From an uncultured bacterium (GTDB lineage Bacteria; Patescibacteriota; Minisyncoccia; Phycocordibacterales; GWA1-40-21): a DNA stretch of 64,000 nt. Position numbers and translations under genes: made by a program. The notes under the pieces were generated by a model. That model made no database searches. It was given only the letters and a program-made list of their open reading frames with translations, and was not told the DNA's origin. The stretch is from the NCBI GenBank assembly GCA_903831305.1, contig CAIKXE010000004.1, positions 147,524-211,523 of the forward strand. The letters are read 5' to 3'. The stretch's first letter is position 1; each line of letters starts with the position of its first letter. Shown one piece after another: positions 57,139 to 64,000 of the stretch.

Positions 57139-57927
57139 TTATAGAAAAGTAAAAATATCTTTTCTAATTGCAACAAAGTTTGTAACGGTCATTATTTCAT
57201 AATAGTGGTTATATCTCTTGAGTGGGTAATAACCATGTTTGAGTATTCTACATATTTGATACTGTTTACTTAGAATATCAAAGAATTGCTTTAGTGAATA
57301 TTTTTCGCTTGAAGTCGCTCCGAATTCAAATTGTATTAGTTTTATTTTTCCTTTATTAATCATTTCTCCTGCTCCTTCAAGTACCTTAAGCTCGTATCCT
57401 TCGACGTCTAATTTAAGTAAATCAATCGTATCTATTTTATTTTCTGCACAATATTCATCAAGGGTGACAATATCTATTTGCTCGTATAATTTCATATTAT
57501 TTTTTTTATCACTAACACAAGCTGTTGATTCGCCAGTAATATTAGCGGAGAGATATTTTCTTCCTTTGACCTCGCCAAGCGCTAAATTTTCGGTATAAAG
57601 CCCCTTCATATTTATTTTTGACAATTCTGAATAAGCTTTTTTTGATGGCTCAAAAGAGTATACGGAGGCTTTTTTATGAAAATGTGCCTTAAATAGGTTA
57701 ACCCATTCACCGACATGGGCGCCGACATCAAAAACTGTTACTTCTTTGCTCCCAGATATTTTATCGAGTACCTTGAGGACAGTCTCCTCACCGCTAGTTT
57801 CGACAATCTGACCCTCCCCAATATTTAGAATTTTCATTGAAAGATTTAATACCTTCTCAAAAAGAGGTTGAAATAGAGGCCTTGAAAAAACATCACCAAT
57901 AATTTTTTTAAATTTTAATATTTTCAT
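57139..57927 (-). CDS. FkbM-family methyltransferase
   Basis: VFDVGAHVG, FEP, TLDEY, IDLLKLDVEGYELKVL.G, IQFE. Confidence 0.92.
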   Translation of the reverse strand: MKILKFKKIIGDVFSRPLFQPLFEKVLNLSMKILNIGEGQIVETSGEETVLKVLDKISGSKEVTVFDVGAHVGEWVNLFKAHFHKKASVYSFEPSKKAYSELSKINMKGLYTENLALGEVKGRKYLSANITGESTACVSDKKNNMKLYEQIDIVTLDEYCAENKIDTIDLLKLDVEGYELKVLEGAGEMINKGKIKLIQFEFGATSSEKYSLKQFFDILSKQYQICRILKHGYYPLKRYNHYYEIMTVTNFVAIRKDIFTFL

Positions 57928-58060
57928 ATTAATTACACATGCTATAATAGCATATTAACTGTACATTTATTAGGTTAATGGGCTATAATATATGTGTTTT
58001 AATATTTCTGCAATTTTGATCTTACTGAGTGCTAGTAAATTTGTGGTTTAATTTTTTAAT

Positions 58061-58945
58061 ATGATTTCCTTTAATAAATTTGGTGAATACGGTAGATTTG
58101 GTAATCAGTTATTTCAGTATGCCTTTTTAAGGACTCAAGCAAAAAAAATAGGAACTAACTTTTATTGTCCAGATTGGCTTGGTGATAGAATATTTTGCTT
58201 GAATGATGAGAGTGAGAAGGGGAGTTGTGTTGAGCAAAAATTATTTTATAATGAAGGTGATAAAAATCACGGGTATCAAATAGAAGCAACAAAGATAGAA
58301 AATAATACCGATATCGTCGGGTATTTTCAATCAAGTAGGTTTTTTTCAAGAGCTCGCGTTTTGAAGTGGTATACTTTCAATGAGGATTTATTTTTAGTAA
58401 CAAGAAAAAAATATAGTCACATCGATTTTTCTAATAGCACATCAATTCATATTAGGCTCGGTGACTACGTAAAGGCCCCTCTGTTATTTTATATTTCTAA
58501 ACCATCTTACTTTAAGCAAGCCCTTTTAATTTTAGGACGTAGAAAACATATTTTGGTTTTTTCTGATAGCCCAAAACTTGCTAAAAAATATTTAAGTTTT
58601 CTTCCGCAGGATACTATCTTTGTCGAAGGTAATAAAGATTATGAGGATTTTTATTTAATGAGTCACTGTCGGGATATGATATGCTCAACATCTACTTTTT
58701 GTTGGTGGGCAGCATATATTAATAATTCGGAAAACAAAAGAGTTATTGTACCGAAGTGGTTGTTTTTACCAGGCGCACCAACTTTTAACAAGGACTTGTT
58801 TGAGGTAGAGGGGTGGGTCCAATTATCTGCACACAGATTTTATGATAATTATTATATCAAATATATACCCGTTCAAATGATTAAACAGTATAATAAATTT
58901 CTTAAATTAGTGTCTAGTAAATTTAAAATTATTTTAAATCACTAG
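58061..58945 (+). CDS. Alpha-1,2-fucosyltransferase-like protein (GT11)
   Basis: GRFGNQLFQYA, GYFQS, HIRLGDY, FSD, STFCWWAAY. Confidence 0.88.
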   Translation: MISFNKFGEYGRFGNQLFQYAFLRTQAKKIGTNFYCPDWLGDRIFCLNDESEKGSCVEQKLFYNEGDKNHGYQIEATKIENNTDIVGYFQSSRFFSRARVLKWYTFNEDLFLVTRKKYSHIDFSNSTSIHIRLGDYVKAPLLFYISKPSYFKQALLILGRRKHILVFSDSPKLAKKYLSFLPQDTIFVEGNKDYEDFYLMSHCRDMICSTSTFCWWAAYINNSENKRVIVPKWLFLPGAPTFNKDLFEVEGWVQLSAHRFYDNYYIKYIPVQMIKQYNKFLKLVSSKFKIILNH

Positions 58946-58947
58946 AG

Positions 58948-59559
58948 TTATGGCATTATTCTTATAATGTCATCACGGATCTGAAAAATAAGCTCAGGCC
59001 TTATCTTTTTTAGAAAAGATTGAACTTTAATAAGCGTGGGGTAGTCATCTTTGCCAGTAAAGCATCTAGCATCATCAATCAAAATTATATGGTTTTTGAT
59101 CCTATGGTTTAGAATTAACTCTAGTTCTTTTAATATTGGGGTATTTTGGTCTCCTTTTGAACTATCACCTCCGGAATAGTGACCGTCAAGCCAAAAAAGT
59201 GTCGTCGCGTTCAACTTTTCTAAAATTAGAGGTAAAATCTTAGAACTATCACCTTGTAATATTTGAATGTGCTGATAATTAGCAAACCTATCTCGTGCTT
59301 TTTTAAATAGAAGCCTATCGATTTCCACAGAATATATTTCTTCAAATACGTTTTTTACCGCTTCAACCGTGCTACCGAGATATGTTCCAGTCTCAACAAA
59401 CTCTTTTATCGCAAATTTCTTAGCATACCCTCTTATTATTCGTTGTTTTATGAAGTGTGGCGGGGGGACAGGTTTATTTTTTAGGCGCCATTTGATTTCA
59501 TCCATAATTCTATTCTTTGGTAGCAGAGGCTTTATTATATTAATTATTTTTTTTAACAT
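58948..59559 (-). CDS. Putative methyltransferase-fold protein of glycan clusters
   Basis: FVETGTYLG, GDS, FWLDGHYSGG, ILIDDAR. Confidence 0.7.
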   Translation of the reverse strand: MLKKIINIIKPLLPKNRIMDEIKWRLKNKPVPPPHFIKQRIIRGYAKKFAIKEFVETGTYLGSTVEAVKNVFEEIYSVEIDRLLFKKARDRFANYQHIQILQGDSSKILPLILEKLNATTLFWLDGHYSGGDSSKGDQNTPILKELELILNHRIKNHIILIDDARCFTGKDDYPTLIKVQSFLKKIRPELIFQIRDDIIRIMP

Positions 59560-60872
59560 TTATATTTTTTGGGAATGATTGTCGATAAAATTTTGGTTCT
59601 TGTTTGTCTAAAAAATACCAGTGATATTGGCCCGAAAGAATATGATATTAGTGTAGCATATGCAGAGCCGACAAGTCCAAATCTCGGAATCCATATGATA
59701 TTTAGTATTATGTTTAATACCATAGGAAAAAAAGATTTAAAAAGAAGAATTTTTTTAAAATTTTCAGTAATCAGGTAATTATCTGCCAAAATACCTAGAA
59801 ATGTTCCTATACAGGACCAGACATATATTTGTAAAATTATTGTACTTCCTGTAAAAGCTGACCCAAAAATTAATTTTATAATGAGTGGTGCTAATATGGT
59901 AACTGGCAGAGCAATGACGATTGCTATTAATAGAAGAGTGACAAAAAGTTTTTTTAATCTTGCATAGTATAATTCCTCCGAGGATTTCTTTGCGTTTATT
60001 ATAGCAGGAAAAACGGAAGAAACAATTATGCCTGGAATAAAATACCAAACTTCTGCTATTCTGGCGGCGGCATCGTAAATACCAACAGCGTGTGAATCAA
60101 CCATGTTTTTAATAAAAATTTGATCTATCCGAGAGTAAACAAGTATAAAAGTGCTTGTAAAAATAAATGGCCAAGAATCCCTTAATAGGTTTATAGTAAT
60201 CTTTTTATTAAACTTCCAGTCAGAGATTTTACCTTGAATCCTTTTCTCGTATGCTAGCCAATAAAAGAGAGCATAAAGTATTGATTCAAGTAGTAGTATA
60301 AAAGCAAGATAAATAACCCCTTTTCCGTTAATAATCACTATTATTTTTAATATATTTAGAATTAGGTTAACTAAAAAAGAGATGATAGAGGGATATTTTG
60401 ACTCTACTCTAGCCTGAAATTCAAAGTTAATTATTTGGAAGGCGTTAAAGATAAAGGTTGCTGAGAGTATTAGAATAAGAGTTTTTGAGACATCATCCTG
60501 TACGAAAAAAAAGGTAGATATAAATATTAAAAAGGCTGTTAAAAAACCAGCCACTAACTTAATCATAAGTGCTGAGCCGAGATATTCCTTTTTTTTGTCT
60601 GGATATTTGATTAAATCTCTATATAAAATGTTATCGATTCCTAAAGATGCTAAAATAGAAAAAATACTTATAAAACTAATTGCATAACTCAATTGACCAA
60701 AATTTGCTGGTCCAAGGCCTCTCGCTATAAAGGCAGTCGTAAGGAGGGACATTACCATACATAATATTCTTGACGTAAACAGCCACCCTGTATTTTGAAG
60801 GTACTTTTGAAAGCCGGCGTGTTGCCATTTTTCTCTTATATAAGCACGGGTGATGGGAGGGGTAATACTCAT
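59553..60872 (-). CDS. Wzx-family flippase
   Basis: Many TMs, ARGLGPANFG, YSRIDQ.FI, GIY.AA.R, IP.FG..G.A.AT. Confidence 0.92.
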   Translation of the reverse strand: MSITPPITRAYIREKWQHAGFQKYLQNTGWLFTSRILCMVMSLLTTAFIARGLGPANFGQLSYAISFISIFSILASLGIDNILYRDLIKYPDKKKEYLGSALMIKLVAGFLTAFLIFISTFFFVQDDVSKTLILILSATFIFNAFQIINFEFQARVESKYPSIISFLVNLILNILKIIVIINGKGVIYLAFILLLESILYALFYWLAYEKRIQGKISDWKFNKKITINLLRDSWPFIFTSTFILVYSRIDQIFIKNMVDSHAVGIYDAAARIAEVWYFIPGIIVSSVFPAIINAKKSSEELYYARLKKLFVTLLLIAIVIALPVTILAPLIIKLIFGSAFTGSTIILQIYVWSCIGTFLGILADNYLITENFKKILLFKSFFPMVLNIILNIIWIPRFGLVGSAYATLISYSFGPISLVFFRQTRTKILSTIIPKKYKC

Positions 60873-60926
60873 ATTTTTATTAGGCAAGGATATCATTTTT
60901 AGAGCAAATTTGCTATTCTTGACGCT

Positions 60927-61124
60927 ATGGATAAATACCTTTTTGCTATTTTGGGTCTGACCACTTTTTCAGTGGTGATTATTATGTATATTCGGATTTC
61001 TACGCGGATGAAGAAGGGTGGGGAACCAGGGAAAAAAGATATGGGAAATAGTGATTCAGAGAGCTATGATAAGGTGAATAGTTTGGAAAACCTGCGCGCG
61101 GATGACTTTACCCTGCTTGAGTAA
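60927..61124 (+). CDS. Small membrane-anchored hypothetical protein
   Basis: N-terminal TM then charged tail; preceded by TGCTATTCT extended -10. Confidence 0.5.
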   Translation: MDKYLFAILGLTTFSVVIIMYIRISTRMKKGGEPGKKDMGNSDSESYDKVNSLENLRADDFTLLE

Positions 61125-61198
61125 GGTAAAAAGTTATCCACAGGGGAGCGGAAATTGGGGGTTTGAAGGTTTTGGGGATTTTGCTAATATGTCAATAG

Positions 61199-61711
61199 AT
61201 GAAAAATTTAAAGAAGCTTTGGCTGCTTACTTTTATTACCACGGCCTTTTTCCTATTACTAACCTTTGCTAATACTGGTGTGATGGAGGCAGCTGGCTTG
61301 GTAAATATTAATACCGCAGATGTAGTGGAGCTTGATACCTTGCCAGAAATCGGTCCCGCCACAGCGGCTAAAATAATTGCTTATCGAGAGACGAATGGGG
61401 TATTTGCTAGGATTGAAGATATTATGAATGTGAGCGGTATCAAGGAAGCCACTTTTGCTAAAATTAGAGACTATATTACGGTGGGCAGTGGTTCAGGAGA
61501 TACTGGAGATGAAGGAGACAGTGGCACAGGCACTACTACGGCCACCACCACACCACCCATCGCCACTACCACGGTTTCAACTGGTTCAGTAACTTATTCT
61601 GTACATTATATACAGGAGAGCTTGAGCAATTATGAGCCGACAAACGTCTTTAAAATTTCTGCGGGGCGGGAGCGGCTGGCTTTGAAGGAAATTACAACAT
61701 TAAAATTATAA
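61199..61711 (+). CDS. comEA: ComEA-like HhH DNA receptor, probably C-terminally truncated
   Basis: Signal/TM, VNINTA...L.TLP.IGPA.A.KII.YRE.NG.F..IEDIMNVSGI; composition switches abruptly to AT-rich near 61680. Confidence 0.8.
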   Translation: MKNLKKLWLLTFITTAFFLLLTFANTGVMEAAGLVNINTADVVELDTLPEIGPATAAKIIAYRETNGVFARIEDIMNVSGIKEATFAKIRDYITVGSGSGDTGDEGDSGTGTTTATTTPPIATTTVSTGSVTYSVHYIQESLSNYEPTNVFKISAGRERLALKEITTLKL

Positions 61712-61815
61712 GAGATAAGAATTATTATCTTATAAAAGATAGACACTTACCCAGATAATTAACCAGCAAAATAAATTTAATTTAACTTTTATATATAAAC
61801 TATATCAAAGCAAAT

Positions 61816-62412
61816 ATGAAAAAGGAAAATGTTGAAAAAGCTTTAGGTTTTTTGACCCTAGCAATGTACTATCATAATCTTGCAGGAAATGTTTTGTGTA
61901 AAATACAAGAATCTAATCCACATATTGTTGTTGGATCTAAAGGGATAGTAGATAAATATGATGAGATAACAAAATGGAGCGATTTTAGGGTATTAATTCC
62001 AACACTTTTCCTTTTTTATCATGGATTAGAACTCCAATTAAAAGGACTTTTAGCGTTTCATAATAAAGTCGATACAATTCATTCACTTGAAAAATTATTA
62101 TTACTAATTAAAAAAGAAAAAAGCTTTCCGCCAGAAATAATCACTGTCGCAGAAAAGCATATTGACATAAAAAATATTAATTTATTTCTAAAAAACTTTA
62201 TAACAAACAATAAACTTTCTGTAGATGATCTATATATGGCGTTGAGATATCCCACTGATAAAAAATCCTCCAGAGACTTTTCCTATTTAGATTTAAAATA
62301 TAAAGAAGATAAGATCATCCCTTATGTTGAGTCACTAATTGAAGATTGTAAAATATTGAGCCAAAAGACAGGAGAATATTATTCCCAATTTAGGCCACTT
62401 TTAGGTATTTAA
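61816..62412 (+). CDS. HEPN-like hypothetical protein (AT-rich insert)
   Basis: HGLELQLKG..HSL..L..RYP pattern resembles HEPN domains; very low GC. Confidence 0.55.
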   Translation: MKKENVEKALGFLTLAMYYHNLAGNVLCKIQESNPHIVVGSKGIVDKYDEITKWSDFRVLIPTLFLFYHGLELQLKGLLAFHNKVDTIHSLEKLLLLIKKEKSFPPEIITVAEKHIDIKNINLFLKNFITNNKLSVDDLYMALRYPTDKKSSRDFSYLDLKYKEDKIIPYVESLIEDCKILSQKTGEYYSQFRPLLGI

Positions 62413-62454
62413 TTGAATAAACTCACTAGATAGTGTAGGTAAATTGTTTATTAA

Positions 62455-63456
62455 ATATGTTCTAATAACGTTGATGGCGGAGATGTTGTGGCCACTACGA
62501 CCGCTACTTCCACCGTTACTTACGAGCTGGTGACACCACCGGTAATTTTTTCTGCTGAAAATTTAACGAATACGACCCCAACTACTACTATTCTTTTTTC
62601 TGGTACTGGTGTCCCAAACTTCGTTATTTCTACTGATCTTATAACTGCCACGACCTCAGTAGGTGCTGATGGTAATTGGTCCATGCCAATTGATAATATT
62701 TCTCAAGGAACCACTACCATAAACTTTTTTGCGGAGCCAGATGAAACACATTTATCTATTAGTACTATAGACGTTGAAACTGGGATAACTCATATTATAA
62801 ATTATATAAAATCCGAGCCGACGGAAGTCGTTATTTTTGTGGCTGACGGTTTGGATATTTTTGCCACTGAACCGGAAGAGTGCCAAAAATCTCTAATACC
62901 TGACGGCTGTCTCATCACTACCACAGTGGTCAATATGTCTTGGGGGTCAAACTCTGGGTTAGCCAGTGAATATGGTATCAGGGTAAACGGCCGGCGCACC
63001 ATATTTACTCCCGAAACCTCCAGATTGCTTTATTTAAATAATAATACTACAAACACAATAGAGGTTTTTGCTAGGGATATGTTTGATAATGAATCAGACT
63101 ATATTATTTATGAAGTAATGGTTTATGAACGACCAGTAATTATTGAAAACATTGACTGGAGTGATACTAATGAAGGGGTGAAAATTACTCTCTATAACAA
63201 TACCCTGTATGACTTGGATTTGAATGATTGGACGCTCACCCTTTGGGATGGTTCTTTTAATCTGGGTCTGACGGGGACGATACCCGCCCAGGGGGAATAT
63301 GTGTTAGCCAAGGATACTGGTGTGTCTCAGGCGGGGGTGGACCAGACTTATACTGAAGCCTTTTATAATCAATACCGGGGTGATGAAATTATGAATGTCA
63401 ATTATTTAGCGGATTTAATTTCATACTATGAATTTAATCAGGTCTCAGCCTATTAG
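62455..63456 (+). pseudogene. 5'-truncated fragment of a secreted Ig/FN3 and lamin-tail-like protein
   Basis: Frame opens at an in-frame TAA (62452-62454) with no ATG, RBS or signal peptide; begins in a Thr-rich linker; VIIE.I.W..I.LYN.T..D.DL..W.L lamin-tail-like pattern. Confidence 0.55.
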
Positions 63457-63553
63457 TTTGTTTTGACTTTTTATGGGGAAAAGAGTAATTTAGATAATAG
63501 ATTTTGGTCTTCGTGTTTTAGAGTGAAAGTGGTAGAAGTAGAAAGGGAATGCC

Positions 63554-64000
63554 ATGGGTTTATATGTGGAACTGCAAGGACGGGTAATCAAGGCGTTGTT
63601 CAACCTGGTGAAGACGGAGCCGGATTATCTCCGGGGGATGGTGAAAGGATACCGCGGGTTTCCTTTTGTTGGTCTCAGTGAGGGTGACTATCGCAAGATG
63701 CGTCATCATGGCTTCCGGGAGCCGAGTTTCAAGGACTGGCCCTGGTGCACGGAGATGGTGAAGATCATCCTGGAGCAAGTGGATGACAGTGGGACAGAAA
63801 TCGTCATCCGGAACCAGCTGGGAATGAGACTCTTGGGCTACGGTACCACTCAGACCAGCGAGGAGCACGAGAAGACGGCGTCCTTGGGGATCTGTTTTCT
63901 CCGGACGCCAGTGGTCGCTCAACCGGGCGCCCTCAAGGTGGGGGATACCCTGGCGACGGGAGAGAGGATTCTCTCTGAACCCCGTTGCAGTGATGATGGC
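63554..64000 (+). CDS. Hypothetical protein, partial (runs off the window end; not in the ORF track)
   Basis: AAGGG RBS then ATG; 149 open codons MGLYVELQGRVIKALFNLVKTEPDYLRGMV...; GC-richer. Confidence 0.65.
   Translation, partial: MGLYVELQGRVIKALFNLVKTEPDYLRGMVKGYRGFPFVGLSEGDYRKMRHHGFREPSFKDWPWCTEMVKIILEQVDDSGTEIVIRNQLGMRLLGYGTTQTSEEHEKTASLGICFLRTPVVAQPGALKVGDTLATGERILSEPRCSDDG

Noticed and set aside
63463-63922. Track ORFs 63463-63681 (+) and 63560-63922 (-)
   Set aside because: Both overlap a better-supported + strand ORF starting at 63554 with an RBS that stays open to the window end.
1-64000. Alternative genetic code (UGA read as Gly), tRNA/rRNA genes, reverse transcriptase or integrase
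   Set aside because: rplK ends in TGA at the expected position and long genes have no internal TGA; no cloverleaf, rRNA, RT or recombinase motifs were recognised by eye.

Overview
Chromosomal segment of a small-genome bacterium, most likely CPR/Patescibacteria (Parcubacteria-like). It uses genetic code 11, rplK is not followed by rplA, and several gene families are typical of CPR. From 1 to 39.5 kb it is mostly housekeeping: a MacAB/LolCDE-type ABC exporter, folD, secE-nusG-rplK, a dTMP-synthesis operon, argS, ileS with an inserted histidine-phosphatase domain, recO, glyQS, metG, tatD, rpsF-ssb-rpsR, efp, recA and ftsK. Stand-alone GC-richer single-gene cassettes are interspersed, one resembling an orphan diversity-generating-retroelement target. 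Many small palindromic REP/MITE-like elements occur, several inserted in-frame in genes. From 39.8 to 60.9 kb lies a candidate cell-surface locus: a wHTH gene embedded in repeated AAAGGACA/TGTCY motifs, tandem promoters, a ~580-nt structured leader RNA, three secreted Thr-rich surface proteins and a ~13-kb AT-rich glycosylation cluster. The window ends with a truncated comEA-like gene, an AT-rich HEPN-like insert, a headless lamin-tail-like gene fragment and a partial ORF. I found no rRNA, tRNA, CRISPR array, transposase or reverse transcriptase. All calls come from reading the sequence by eye; no searches were run.
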